Assembly: GCA_964348935.1 (NCBI GenBank)
Contig: CAYGEJ010000005.1
Location: forward strand, 2,845 to 66,844
Length of the DNA: 64,000 nt
Direction of reading: 5' to 3'
Source of the DNA: an uncultured Candidatus Saccharibacteria bacterium
GTDB taxonomy: Bacteria; Patescibacteriota; Doudnabacteria; UBA920
Part shown: one piece after another, positions 1 through 8,953 of the stretch
Position numbering within the stretch: the first letter of the stretch is position 1
Layout of the letters: each line of letters starts with the position of its first letter
Translations under genes and position numbers: made by a program
Notes under the pieces: model-generated
What the model was told of the DNA's origin: nothing
The model's input: the letters and a program-made list of their open reading frames with translations, nothing else
Databases searched by the model: none

Positions 1-177
1 TCGAAGTTGATTTGTAAAATAGGGCGCCTAATATATTTCCAAATTGTTTCTCCAAACAACGCCACAAATACAGCTAAAAAAGTTCCGATAGCTGCCCAGC
101 TTTCTGCTGACATTCCCAAGAACCCTGCATTAAGGTGCTGCTGGTTTTCTAAAAAATGATGGGGAGACCAATATTTC
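1..177 (-). CDS. Hypothetical membrane protein; N-terminal part only, continues beyond window start
   Basis: Open frame on the minus strand from an ATG at 177-175 running off the window start (MKYWSPHHFLENQQ...FLAVFVALFGETIW...). Hydrophobic. Not in the ORF track because it is truncated. Confidence 0.3.
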
Positions 178-214
178 ATAAATGCTCCTCGGTCTGTAAG
201 ATAACAAGAGTTGA

Positions 215-289
215 TGGCTGGGGCGCCAGGGATCGAACCTGGGAATGCAGGCTTCAAAGGCCCGTGCCTTACCGCTTGGCTACGCCCCA
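215..289 (-). tRNA. tRNA-Gln (anticodon UUG)
   Basis: Minus-strand sequence TGGGGCGTAGCCAAGCGGTAAGGCACGGGCCTTTGAAGCCTGCATTCCCAGGTTCGATCCCTGGCGCCCCAGCCA folds as a cloverleaf. U1-A72 and G73 are typical of bacterial tRNA-Gln. The anticodon loop is CTTTGAA, the T-loop is TTCGATC, and CCA is encoded. Confidence 0.85.
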
Positions 290-393
290 AAATAAGACAG
301 CTAACACATATTATAAAATAAAATTAGGAAAAAGGGAAGGGGTTAAATATAGTGTTGTGCTATAATTCTTAATACTTATAAATTCACAAAAAT

Positions 394-825
394 ATGACAA
401 ATTTTACAGCAAAGGTTTTTATAGAAATAAATGCACCGGTGGAGAAGGTTTGGGAGGCTTTGGTTACGCCGGCAATTATAAAGGAGTATTTGTTTGGTAC
501 TAATGTAACTTCGGACTGGAAAGTTGGGAGTAGTATTACTTATGCTGGTGACTGGCAGGGGATGAAGTATGAGGACAAAGGAGTTATTTTGGAACTTGTT
601 CCAAATAAAAAGTTTGTAAGTACTTATTGGAGTAGTATGTCTGGTACTCCAGACATGCCGGAAAATTACCAAAAGGTAAGCTATGAACTAGAAGAAAAAG
701 ACGGTAAGGTTGTGGTGAATTTAACACAAGAAAATGCACCAACTCAGGAGAGCGCAGACCATTCTGCGAATAATTGGAAAATGGTTTTGGAGAAGATGAA
801 GGCTTTGGTTGAAGAAGGAATTTAG
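394..825 (+). CDS. SRPBCC / Activator-of-Hsp90-ATPase (AHSA1)-like domain protein
   Basis: 143 aa with an N-terminal FIEINAPVEKVWEALVTP...KEYLFG pattern typical of the SRPBCC (AHSA1/YndB-like) fold. Family call from established motif knowledge. Confidence 0.55.
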   Translation: MTNFTAKVFIEINAPVEKVWEALVTPAIIKEYLFGTNVTSDWKVGSSITYAGDWQGMKYEDKGVILELVPNKKFVSTYWSSMSGTPDMPENYQKVSYELEEKDGKVVVNLTQENAPTQESADHSANNWKMVLEKMKALVEEGI

Positions 826-884
826 AATATTGAATTTAGAATAAAAAACAACCCTATCAAACATTTGATAGGGTTGTTTTAAAA

Positions 885-2270
885 TTATCTTCCAAAGCTT
901 CTGCGGGGCATGAAGTTGCCGTGTCCAGAAGAGGAACGAGGGGAGCGGGAAAAACCTCCGCGAGTGTTTCTTCTTTCACCACTTGTAGAGCTCTCATGTC
1001 CACTACTGTGTCTGCCACCTTCGTTTCTGCCACCACTTGGGCGGGAGCGGAAACTGCCAGTTCTGCGTGGGGTAGAGAATCTGTCGTTACGCATTCCCGG
1101 ACGTTCAGGTCTTATAAATGGAGCGTCAGCTACGCGGTCTGCTGGAGCAATTGGAGCCATTTTAGAAACGGGAAGCTGTTTTTTAATTAAGCGTTCTATA
1201 TCTCTAACATCTCTTTGCTGGTCTGGAGTGGCAAAAGAAATAGCATGACCTTTTTGTCCTGCGCGAGCGGTACGACCAATTCTGTGTACATAGTCGGCTG
1301 GGTTTTCTGGAAGGTCAAAGTTTACTACAAGTTCAATGTTGGTTACATCAATTCCACGAGCAGCAATGTCAGTAGCAACAAGCACTCTATATTTACCAAT
1401 TTTAAAACCATTTAAGGCTTCTATACGTTGGTTTAGGGATCGGTTGGAATGGATTTCGGCAGAAGAGTGACCCATACCTTGAATAACTTGAGAAACTTTT
1501 TTGGCACCGAATTTAGTTCTGCAGAAGATTAATGCACTACCTGTGTACTCAGTTAAGATTCTCTTGAGTTGTGCAAGTTTGTCTTGCTTGTTAACAAAAA
1601 TTAATTCTTGAGTAATTAGGCTGGCGGTACTGCCTTGAGGTGCAACTTCCACACGAATAGGAAGTTTCATATAAGAGTTAGCAATGTTGATAATTTCAGC
1701 GGGCATGGTAGCTGAGAATAACATGGTTTGTCTGTTGGCAGGAACGGTACGCATAATTTGTTTGAGTTGTGGCTCAAAACCCATATCTAGCATTCTATCG
1801 GCTTCATCTAAAACTAAAATACCGACTTTGTCCAAACGAACGGTTCGTTGTTCAAGATGGTCTATAAGTCTGCCTGGGGTGGCAATAATTATATGAGGAC
1901 CGCGACGTAGCCAAGCTAGTTGTTTATGCATGCTTTCACCACCGATTAATACGGCAGTTTTAAGTCCAAGATTTGTACCTAATTTTTGCAAGCTCTCGTT
2001 AACTTGTAAGGCTAATTCGCGGGTAGGTAAAACTACCAAACCAAGAGCTTTGGTTTGGGCAATGGATTGAAGCATAGGAAGCCCGAATGCTAAAGTTTTT
2101 CCTGTACCAGTTTGTGCAATACCCATTACATCTTTTCCAGTTACAGCAACAGGAATAGCCTGTGCTTGAATTGGAGTAGGGGTAGTAAAGCCATTCTTAG
2201 CTAGAATGTCTAATAGCTTGGGCGCGAGCCCAAGACCAGTAAAGTCGCCTGTTTGTGTGACTGGAGTCAT
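885..2270 (-). CDS. DEAD-box ATP-dependent RNA helicase with Arg/Gly/Ser-rich C-terminal tail
   Basis: Motif I AQTGTGKT, motif II VLDEADRMLDMGF, motif III SAT and motif VI HRIGRTARAG are all present. The C-terminus is an RG/RS-rich low-complexity tail. Confidence 0.9.
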   Translation of the reverse strand: MTPVTQTGDFTGLGLAPKLLDILAKNGFTTPTPIQAQAIPVAVTGKDVMGIAQTGTGKTLAFGLPMLQSIAQTKALGLVVLPTRELALQVNESLQKLGTNLGLKTAVLIGGESMHKQLAWLRRGPHIIIATPGRLIDHLEQRTVRLDKVGILVLDEADRMLDMGFEPQLKQIMRTVPANRQTMLFSATMPAEIINIANSYMKLPIRVEVAPQGSTASLITQELIFVNKQDKLAQLKRILTEYTGSALIFCRTKFGAKKVSQVIQGMGHSSAEIHSNRSLNQRIEALNGFKIGKYRVLVATDIAARGIDVTNIELVVNFDLPENPADYVHRIGRTARAGQKGHAISFATPDQQRDVRDIERLIKKQLPVSKMAPIAPADRVADAPFIRPERPGMRNDRFSTPRRTGSFRSRPSGGRNEGGRHSSGHESSTSGERRNTRGGFSRSPRSSSGHGNFMPRRSFGR

Positions 2271-2415
2271 GTTTATTCCTTATTCTTTGTAGGATCTGCA
2301 CACGTTTTAATCTTTATTCAAAATACTGTTTGAATTAAAGGTTAAAACGCACCAGAGCCAATTAAATTTAATAACGCTTAATTATATCACAGATTTATAG
2401 CTTTGTCAATAATAA

Positions 2416-2440
2416 AATAACTCTTAATTAAGAGTTATAA
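2416..2440. terminator. Palindromic hairpin (taactcttaattaagagtta), terminator just beyond the M23 peptidase stop; it sits in the helicase 5' UTR, not after the helicase
   Basis: Perfect palindrome flanked by A/T runs, immediately beyond the stop of the 2452..3105 gene. The helicase 3' end is at 885. Confidence 0.5.
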
Positions 2441-2451
2441 AAGTTCTAGTT

Positions 2452-3105
2452 TTATTTTATGTAATCTAGAGCGTTTAGCCAGTCAGATGTTTGGGATGCT
2501 TTTTGTACGTAGCCTAAGATATTAAGACCCGTGCCTTTGTGAACGCCAAAATGCAAATGTTTGCGCTCGCCATCTGTTTCAGTGGTGTAGCCTTTACCTA
2601 GAATTCCAAGTTTAGTGTTTTGGGTTAGTTCGTCACCAACTTTGGCGGCAATGGAGGCAAGTTGTAAGTGGCCGTAAATAATTGTTACGTCTGCGCCGTC
2701 TAGTTTACAACTTTGCACTACTACACCACCGTAACCGGTTGCGTATTTTTTTTGTAGCAGTTTGCCGTTACAGGTAACTAAAATTTCAACTTCTTGGTCT
2801 TGTTCTCCGTCTAAAATTTCAAAGTCTGTGCCGGTGTGGTAACCGCTAAATTTTTCTGGTTGAACGGGCGAGTTTTGTTTGGTAATGTAAATTGCAAAGG
2901 GTTTTTTGGTAACGCGAGAGAGTGGGTTGCTTATAGGGCTTGCGAGTTGAGGGTTAGAGGAGGGTATGAGGGTAGAGGGCTGAGGGGTGATAGATTCATC
3001 AACCTTATTCACAGTGGTGCTATTGCAAGAAGCGCTTAAAAAACCTAAAATTAATATTGTGTAAATAATTTTTTTGGTATACATCTCATTAGAATTTATT
3101 AACAT
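2452..3105 (-). CDS. M23 family metallopeptidase, lipoprotein
   Basis: HxxxD motif (GYHTGTDF) and HxH motif (HLHFGVH) of LytM/M23 peptidases. N-terminal signal with lipobox LSASC. Confidence 0.75.
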   Translation of the reverse strand: MLINSNEMYTKKIIYTILILGFLSASCNSTTVNKVDESITPQPSTLIPSSNPQLASPISNPLSRVTKKPFAIYITKQNSPVQPEKFSGYHTGTDFEILDGEQDQEVEILVTCNGKLLQKKYATGYGGVVVQSCKLDGADVTIIYGHLQLASIAAKVGDELTQNTKLGILGKGYTTETDGERKHLHFGVHKGTGLNILGYVQKASQTSDWLNALDYIK

Positions 3106-3219
3106 TTGTAAGTGTTTATAGTTTTAACCATTTGCTCTATATCAGTATTACCTATATATTAGGAAATTCTAACGGGACAGGTACTTTAAGTATAGACTAA
3201 ATATACTTTCTATCAACCA

Positions 3220-4113
3220 ATGAAAATATCGCAAGAAATAAAAGGGGATGTGTATATAATTGCCGAAGCTATTCTTTGGAGTCTTTTTCCAATTATTGTA
3301 ATTTTAACTTACTCCAAACTTACCTCGCTTAGCACACTGGCGTGGAGTACTATGTTTTCTACCGTGTTCTTTGGTGTTCTTTTGGTTGTAAGAGGTAAGC
3401 TTCATGAGCTTAAAAACATTCAAGTTTATAAGTACGCACTTGGCACCGCTTTTTTTATTGGTTGGTTGTTTTATGGTTTTTATTCTACCGGGCTTAAGTT
3501 TACCTCGGCAGGGAATGCCAGCATTATTGCGTTAATGGAATTGTTTTTTAGTTATATTCTTTTTAATGTTTGGAAGAAAGAGGAGTTAACGAAAGAGCAT
3601 ACTTGGGGAGCAGTGTTAATGTTAATTGGTGCAGTTATTATTTTATACCCCAAGCAAGGTTTTAGTTTGCATGGTGGGGACTTAATGGTGCTTGTTGCCA
3701 GTGCATGTTCACCAATGGGAAATTATTTTCAGCAAAAGGCAAGAAGAATTGTGAGTGCGGAAACATTGCTTTTTTTACGAAGTATTTTTACCTTTCCGTT
3801 TTTCTTTGTACTAGCATATTTTTTACACTCCCAAAGTAGTTTGCAAAATGTTCAAAGTGCTTTGTGGATTTTAATTTTTAATGGAATATTTTTACTTGGG
3901 CTTAGTAAAATTTGGTGGATAGAAGGAATAAATTTAATTTCAGTTACTAAAGCCAATGCCCTGGCAAGTATTGGCCCGTTGTTCACTTTAATTTTTGCAT
4001 ATTTTTTACTTGGTCAAGCTCCAAATTTTTGGCAATTGTTTGCACTAGTGCCTTTAGTAATTGGGCTAAGGCTTCTTACTTTTAAATCTGCCACACAAAA
4101 ACCCCTTGACTAA
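3220..4113 (+). CDS. DMT/EamA-like multi-pass membrane transporter
   Basis: 297 aa with about 10 predicted TM helices in two halves, typical of drug/metabolite transporter superfamily architecture. Confidence 0.5.
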   Translation: MKISQEIKGDVYIIAEAILWSLFPIIVILTYSKLTSLSTLAWSTMFSTVFFGVLLVVRGKLHELKNIQVYKYALGTAFFIGWLFYGFYSTGLKFTSAGNASIIALMELFFSYILFNVWKKEELTKEHTWGAVLMLIGAVIILYPKQGFSLHGGDLMVLVASACSPMGNYFQQKARRIVSAETLLFLRSIFTFPFFFVLAYFLHSQSSLQNVQSALWILIFNGIFLLGLSKIWWIEGINLISVTKANALASIGPLFTLIFAYFLLGQAPNFWQLFALVPLVIGLRLLTFKSATQKPLD

Positions 4114-4128
4114 GGGGTTTTTGTGTGG
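4091..4128 (+). terminator. Rho-independent terminator
   Basis: Perfect inverted repeat ccacacaaaaacccctt/aaggggtttttgtgtgg overlapping the stop of the upstream gene. Confidence 0.7.
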
Positions 4129-4230
4129 CATTATTTGATGTTGCTTGTGGTAAGTGTTTTGGTTATTTATTGTAACTAAAATAATTGCCGTAAGGCGAGA
4201 GTAAAATTCAATACGAGGGTAGGTAGAGAA

Positions 4231-4920
4231 ATGAAGATGTTGTTTGATTTTGTAGTGTATTTGCTTTGTGTTGTTATTGGAATGTTCGTGGTTGGACGCT
4301 TCCAGCCCGAACTGGCGGGAGAACTGGCTAAGTATCCAGCGTGGGTGCCGGTGTTGGTTCTGGCCCTAATTTTCCTCTGTCGCAAGCTCGTATCTAATTC
4401 CGACAAGGAATTTGAATGGGCCTTGGATGAAATCCAAAAGCTCCGGGGAGAGTCCGGCGCACTAAGTGAGAAGTTAGTTCAAGCACATGAGCTTCCGCCG
4501 GGCTACGCATGGATAAAGTGTATGGTTGCCGTTAAATGGTTGACGCCTCAAGGAAGACAAATCTTGCTGGAGTTTTTGAAGGGTGACCCTTCGATCCCTC
4601 TCAATGCTAGGTTGTTGGCGCTAAGTGCTGAGGTTGAGCACTGGAAAGGTAGGGTAAGTGAGTTTCACGACCAGGTCATTCGTGACGACGAGGCTGACGC
4701 GGCTAGAAAAGAACCAGACGAAAACGGAATGGTGCCGGTTACTTTCCGCGTTTTTCCGGAGGTTGCAGACGATGAGTCTTCGATGTATTTCTTCCAAGAA
4801 TATGTTGATGGCGCAAATATGGCAGCCAAGAATAAGAGAGATCTTCCCGACACCGTTGAACATCCGACTCCTTCGCCGGTAAAAGAGCAACCGCCAATGC
4901 CCGACGACGGAATTGGCTAA
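4231..4920 (+). CDS. Hypothetical protein with two N-terminal TM helices; GC-rich, SD-bearing gene
   Basis: 229 aa. Coding GC is clearly above the flanks, and a GAGGGTAGGTAGAG ribosome-binding site precedes the ATG. No recognisable motif. A GC hairpin terminator (cccctgag...ctcagggg) at 4929-4951 follows. Confidence 0.6.
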   Translation: MKMLFDFVVYLLCVVIGMFVVGRFQPELAGELAKYPAWVPVLVLALIFLCRKLVSNSDKEFEWALDEIQKLRGESGALSEKLVQAHELPPGYAWIKCMVAVKWLTPQGRQILLEFLKGDPSIPLNARLLALSAEVEHWKGRVSEFHDQVIRDDEADAARKEPDENGMVPVTFRVFPEVADDESSMYFFQEYVDGANMAAKNKRDLPDTVEHPTPSPVKEQPPMPDDGIG

Positions 4921-4976
4921 CGAAAACACCCCTGAGTGGCGGGCTCAGGGGATTTTATTTTGGGAAAATTAAAAAG

Positions 4977-5990
4977 TTATTTTATAAAACTAGCATTTAG
5001 GGCGTGTTTTATAGAGGAATCAATTTCTTTTTGAGACATTATTTTATTGTCTAACAAGAATTGGTGTTCTTTGGTAATACTGGTTTGGTACATTTCTGGG
5101 CCGTCGGTACAAATACAGAATTTAATTTTATTTTTTATTAAAGTACGAATGGCATTTTTTAATTCCGCAGTATTTTTAAATACACTGTTGCGGAGGTTGG
5201 AAGTAGGGCAGACTTCTAGAGTAATTTTATTTTTAATAACTTGCTTCATTAATTCTTTGTCTTTGGTACAAAGTACACCATGACCAATGCGGTCTGGTTT
5301 TATTTCATTTACTACGTAGCGCATTTCGTCTAGTTGGTTTTCTTCACCGGTATGAATAGTTACGCCTAGTCCTGCATTTTTTGCCTTTTGAAATAATTCT
5401 GTATATTTTGCAATATCAAAACCTTTTACGTTAGGTCCGGCAATATCTACACCAATTATGCCTTGGTTTTTATACTTTATGGCTTTGTCTATAATAATTT
5501 TATTTTGTTCAAAGGTTAGTGGGCGGTGCATCATTAAAATTATTCCAGCTTTAACTTGAGGGTATTCTAAAAGTGCTTTTTGCATGCCCCAAATAGCGGA
5601 CATAATAATATGGTCCAAGTCGCGTTCTCCACCACGGTTACGAAGCATAGGGTTAAAGCGAAGTTCGTGAACTGTAATGTTACATTTGCGAAAGCCTCCA
5701 CCAATGGTAGATTTTACACTTTCTTCAATAGCTTCAGGGGAGGACTGAATAAGTTCTGTCCAGTGGAAAAAGTTCTTGTCCATTTCGGCTAAGTTTTTAT
5801 TTTTTTTGTCGCCAGACATAGTTATCATGGCTTCAAAGTCCCAGTAACTTTTGGTTGGAAGTTTTATGCCTTGGCGGTGGGCAATGGACCAAAGTATAGC
5901 AGGGTCAACAGCGGCACCAAGGTGAGTATGTAAGTCTACTGCAATTTTTTTTGTAGGAGTTTTCATATACGGATTTGTAGGTTGTGTCAT
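4977..5990 (-). CDS. Adenosine/AMP deaminase family metallo-hydrolase
   Basis: VDLHTHLGAAV (HxH zinc ligands), HTGE, RIGHGV, CPTSN and CTDGP match the adenosine deaminase signature blocks. The last block is CTDGP rather than the usual NTDDP. Start may be at the internal MKTPTKK. Confidence 0.75.
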   Translation of the reverse strand: MTQPTNPYMKTPTKKIAVDLHTHLGAAVDPAILWSIAHRQGIKLPTKSYWDFEAMITMSGDKKNKNLAEMDKNFFHWTELIQSSPEAIEESVKSTIGGGFRKCNITVHELRFNPMLRNRGGERDLDHIIMSAIWGMQKALLEYPQVKAGIILMMHRPLTFEQNKIIIDKAIKYKNQGIIGVDIAGPNVKGFDIAKYTELFQKAKNAGLGVTIHTGEENQLDEMRYVVNEIKPDRIGHGVLCTKDKELMKQVIKNKITLEVCPTSNLRNSVFKNTAELKNAIRTLIKNKIKFCICTDGPEMYQTSITKEHQFLLDNKIMSQKEIDSSIKHALNASFIK

Positions 5991-6193
5991 CCCAGAATTT
6001 TAGGGCAGTCAAATATCTGGGATCCATGTGTCTATATTTCTAGATTTCCGCCTTCCAACTTCGCCAAGGCTTCGTCGGACAGGTCGCGGGAATGACATAG
6101 TTGCTTAAGTTAATTTAAGCTATACTAGCAGAAATTTTGGAATTTTTCAACCCCATTAGAAATAACTAGTTAGAGCTTCTAACAGGTTAAAGG

Positions 6194-6199
6194 ATTTGC
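6194..6199 (+). promoter_or_regulatory. -10 box TATAAT placed 12 nt upstream of the ATG at 6212 (near-leaderless)
   Basis: TGCTATAATtattaaATG; the transcription start would be about 5 nt before the start codon. Confidence 0.4.
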
Positions 6200-6211
6200 T
6201 ATAATTATTAA

Positions 6212-6649
6212 ATGATAGATATAAACTATATTTTAAATAAATATCCTCAAGCTAAAGTATTTGAAGACGGCTTTAATCCTTTAGAAGCAAAACATAATGG
6301 GGAGCTCGGTAAGGTACAAGTAAATATTCAAAAAAAGAAATGGGGAGGCGAAGCTTGGCTTGTTTATACAGACAAATATGCTTTAAAAATACTTTATGTA
6401 AATAAAGGGTCTAGGCTGTCTTTGCAAAAACATAATAAAAAACAAGAGACTTGGCATATTTTAAAAGGTAACCCTGAAATGGTTTTAGGTGAAGAAGTTT
6501 TAGTCGGTAATATTGGGGACGTGATACATATTCCAACAGGAACTGTTCACAGGCTTTCTGCTCCAACTAATGACGTAGAAGTATTGGAAGTCTCTACGCC
6601 TGAATTAGATGACTTGGTTAGAATAGAAGATGACTTTGGTAGAAAGTAA
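6212..6649 (+). CDS. Cupin domain protein (phosphomannose isomerase type II C-terminal-like)
   Basis: Two cupin motifs: SRLSLQKHNKKQETWHIL (G-x5-HxH-x3-E-like) and VIHIPTGTVHRL (P-x-G-x2-H). Confidence 0.65.
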   Translation: MIDINYILNKYPQAKVFEDGFNPLEAKHNGELGKVQVNIQKKKWGGEAWLVYTDKYALKILYVNKGSRLSLQKHNKKQETWHILKGNPEMVLGEEVLVGNIGDVIHIPTGTVHRLSAPTNDVEVLEVSTPELDDLVRIEDDFGRK

Positions 6650-6664
6650 TTTGTAAAATAAATT

Positions 6665-6690
6665 GAGCCCCTTAGGGGGTTCTTTTTTTT
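6665..6690 (+). terminator. Rho-independent terminator (cccctta/gggg + T8)
   Basis: Short GC hairpin followed by tctttttttt directly after the stop of the cupin gene. Confidence 0.6.
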
Positions 6691-6734
6691 GTTTAATTTT
6701 GCTATAATCTTGGCATCCTTAGAATCTTAGGATT

Positions 6735-7130
6735 TTGGGGAAATTTGAATTCAAAGGTGGATTTGTGGCAACTAACGCCATGATGATTTTGATTCTAGCT
6801 GTCCTGTTTGCTTGGGGGCACTTTCCAAGTTATTCGAGACAGTATGTCTGTTTTCTTACCGTGCTGTTCATGGCGCGGAACACTGTTAACACGTTTAAAC
6901 GCCAATCGGTCATTCCTAGGCCAAATGTTGAATTGGCACTGCTGTTTAGTCCGATAGTGCTAAGTATAATTTTTGGCGGGTTTGCCGGCTGGGCCATTAA
7001 CAAAGAGGTTAATGGAGCCACGATGGGCGCCTGTTTGGGATTGTTTTGGTTTTTGGGTGCCTGTTATTGGTTTGATGTCTGTCAGAATGAAAAGGAGGGT
7101 AAAGAGGAACAAAAGTTCCTGAAAAAGTGA
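6735..7130 (+). CDS. Hypothetical small membrane protein (3-4 TM)
   Basis: 131 aa, hydrophobic segments, followed by a strong bidirectional terminator. Confidence 0.45.
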   Translation: MGKFEFKGGFVATNAMMILILAVLFAWGHFPSYSRQYVCFLTVLFMARNTVNTFKRQSVIPRPNVELALLFSPIVLSIIFGGFAGWAINKEVNGATMGACLGLFWFLGACYWFDVCQNEKEGKEEQKFLKK

Positions 7131-7148
7131 TGTGTGTCATAATCAAAA

Positions 7149-7188
7149 AGCGGCCGTGGGTTTACCCTCACGGCCGCTCTATTTTTTT
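7149..7188. terminator. Bidirectional intrinsic terminator between convergent genes
   Basis: Stem agcggccgtg...cacggccgct with A-run before and T-run after. Confidence 0.75.
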
Positions 7189-7229
7189 GTCTAGTCACTT
7201 ATCACTGCCCACTATCCACTACACACTTA

Positions 7230-8330
7230 CTATCTTGGACTTGGAACTGTTGGAGTTTTTTCTTCTGGGAAGATAAAGTTGCTCCAAGAGTATTTGTCTG
7301 GGTTAAAACCTTCACCGCAAGTTGTTTCTATTAAAGCAGTACAAATTTGGTAAGGGTCTAAGTTTGCAGCAGGGCGACGGTCTTCAAGATAGCCTCTGCC
7401 TTTGTTCGCAGTTTCCATTGGAATTCTTATAGAAGCTCCACGGTCAGAAACTCCGTAGCGGAAATCTTTGTAGCTACAAGTTTCGTGCTTGCCGGTTAAT
7501 CTTTCTTCGTTACCAGCACCGTACACGCGCATGTGTTCTTTTCTAAATTGTCCTAATTTTTCACAAGCTTGTTTAATAACTTCTATTCCACCAGTTTCGC
7601 GCATAGCCCTTGTGGAATAATTGGTATGTCCACCAGCACCGTTCCAATCACCACTCATTGGTTTTGGGTCTAGTTTAGCGTAGGCACCAAATTCTTCACC
7701 GAGTCTGTAAAGTAACCAGCGAGCAAGCCAGAGGTGGTCGCTAACTTCAACTGGACCCAAAGTGCCAACTTGAAATTCCCATTGTGCTGGCATAACTTCG
7801 GCGTTAATACCAGATATAGCAAGGCCGGCATCTAGACAAGCTTTAAGGTGTGCTTCTACAAGTGGGCGACCATGAACTTCATCGTGACCAACACCGCAGT
7901 AGTAGCGTCCTTGAGGGTGAGGGAAGCCGTTATGTGGCCAACCAAAAGGCCAATCATTTTTCCCGTATAAAGTATATTCTTGTTCGATTCCAAACCAAGG
8001 ATCCTGGTCCTTATATTTTTCCGCTACTTGGGCAAGAATATATCTTGTATTAGTAATATGCGGAGTGCCGTCTGCGTTAAGAACTTCGCACATAACTAAA
8101 ATGTTATCACCTTTGTTTATAGGGTCTTGTACATAGTAAACAGGTTTTAATTGACAGTCACTAAAGTGACCTTCAGCTTGTTCGGTAGACGAACCGTCAA
8201 AACCCCAAAATGGAATGTCTTCCAGTTTTCTAACGGGGCTACTAATAATTTTGGTTTTGGATCTGAGTTTGGAAGTCGGTTTTCTGCCGTCGAGCCAAAT
8301 GTATTCGGCCATTATTTTTCCATTTGTCAT
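7230..8330 (-). CDS. glnII: Glutamine synthetase, type II (eukaryote-like GSII)
   Basis: About 360 aa, the GSII size. N-terminal beta-grasp EYIWLDG block and GS catalytic-domain blocks (NGAGGHTN, RIPMETANKGRGYLEDRRPAAN). Confidence 0.85.
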   Translation of the reverse strand: MTNGKIMAEYIWLDGRKPTSKLRSKTKIISSPVRKLEDIPFWGFDGSSTEQAEGHFSDCQLKPVYYVQDPINKGDNILVMCEVLNADGTPHITNTRYILAQVAEKYKDQDPWFGIEQEYTLYGKNDWPFGWPHNGFPHPQGRYYCGVGHDEVHGRPLVEAHLKACLDAGLAISGINAEVMPAQWEFQVGTLGPVEVSDHLWLARWLLYRLGEEFGAYAKLDPKPMSGDWNGAGGHTNYSTRAMRETGGIEVIKQACEKLGQFRKEHMRVYGAGNEERLTGKHETCSYKDFRYGVSDRGASIRIPMETANKGRGYLEDRRPAANLDPYQICTALIETTCGEGFNPDKYSWSNFIFPEEKTPTVPSPR

Positions 8331-8595
8331 ATTTTTAGTTTCTTTCTCCCCCCACTTTAGATTTAAGATATAAGATTTAAGACTTTAACTAGAATAAAAT
8401 ATAAAAACACCCATGTGGTCGGATTGCTCCCGTAAGAACCGTTTGAGGTGTTTTTTTTAACTTTATTTACTTTTAATATTTTCAGTTTATCAGATAATTA
8501 TTTGTTGTCAAATCTTTTGTATTTTTGTGTAATTCCTAAATTTTAGAGCAGTAAAATAACTGGAATTTTTGTGTTATCCACAAAAATAATTAACC

Positions 8596-8646
8596 CCGAG
8601 GCGAATGAATCTGAAATGAATTTCTGATTATTCGCTTCGGGGGCAG
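8596..8646 (-). terminator. Long imperfect hairpin downstream of the small GC-rich ORF
   Basis: ccccgaggcgaat...(23-nt loop)...attcgcttcggggg, a 13-bp stem with one G-U pair. Downstream on the minus strand the sequence reads ggggttaattatttttg. Confidence 0.5.
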
Positions 8647-8673
8647 GTTGTGTTGTTTGGTTAGCGACGAGCA

Positions 8674-8859
8674 TTAGTTTAGTATCAGAGCGTGACCTTT
8701 CAGTTTAGAGAGGTAGATACCCGATGCATCGTCGTGTGTCTCGGTGCCAATTGGCACGAGGGTTTCGGTTGTGTCGCTGGCTGGTACTAGTAGTACCGGA
8801 GCCGGATGGATCCCTGGCGTATAGCCATGGCAGTGGACGTCATCGCAAAATTTGCACAT
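8674..8859 (-). CDS. Small Cys/His-containing hypothetical protein (61 aa), GC-rich
   Basis: Best start is the ATG at 8859-8857, preceded by a perfect AGGAGG six nt upstream. The ORF track's start is an upstream TTG. MCKFCDDVHCHGY... has CxxC-x3-HCH. GC content is far above the flanks. Confidence 0.55.
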   Translation of the reverse strand: MCKFCDDVHCHGYTPGIHPAPVLLVPASDTTETLVPIGTETHDDASGIYLSKLKGHALILN

Positions 8860-8911
8860 GTGCGTCCTCCTTCTAAACAATTCTATAGTTTATTAAAATT
8901 TTGTCAAATTA

Positions 8912-8946
8912 TAAAAACTGTTCCGATTAATCGGAACAGTTTTTAT
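8912..8946. terminator. Palindromic bidirectional terminator (ACTGTTCCGATTAATCGGAACAGT)
   Basis: Perfect 10-bp stem, A-run upstream and T-run downstream. It sits just past the stop of the kinase gene. Confidence 0.7.
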
Positions 8947-8953
8947 AATTAGC

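Noticed and set aside
910-1415. ORF-track entries 910..1248, 921..1190 and 1215..1415 on the plus strand
   Set aside because: They lie entirely antisense to, and inside, the well-supported DEAD-box helicase gene. The G/R-rich translation simply mirrors the helicase RG/RS tail, and there is no RBS or promoter.
6000-6110. Local GC-rich patch (tccgccttccaacttcgccaaggcttcgtcggacaggtcgcggg) between the deaminase and cupin genes
   Set aside because: Only a 29-codon minus-strand frame with no start context and no convincing tRNA/ncRNA fold; left as an unexplained composition blip.
8331-8470. Glutamine riboswitch (glnA RNA motif) upstream of glnII
   Set aside because: The hairpin-rich leader lacks the conserved GGAAG/E-loop core of the glnA motif on either strand.
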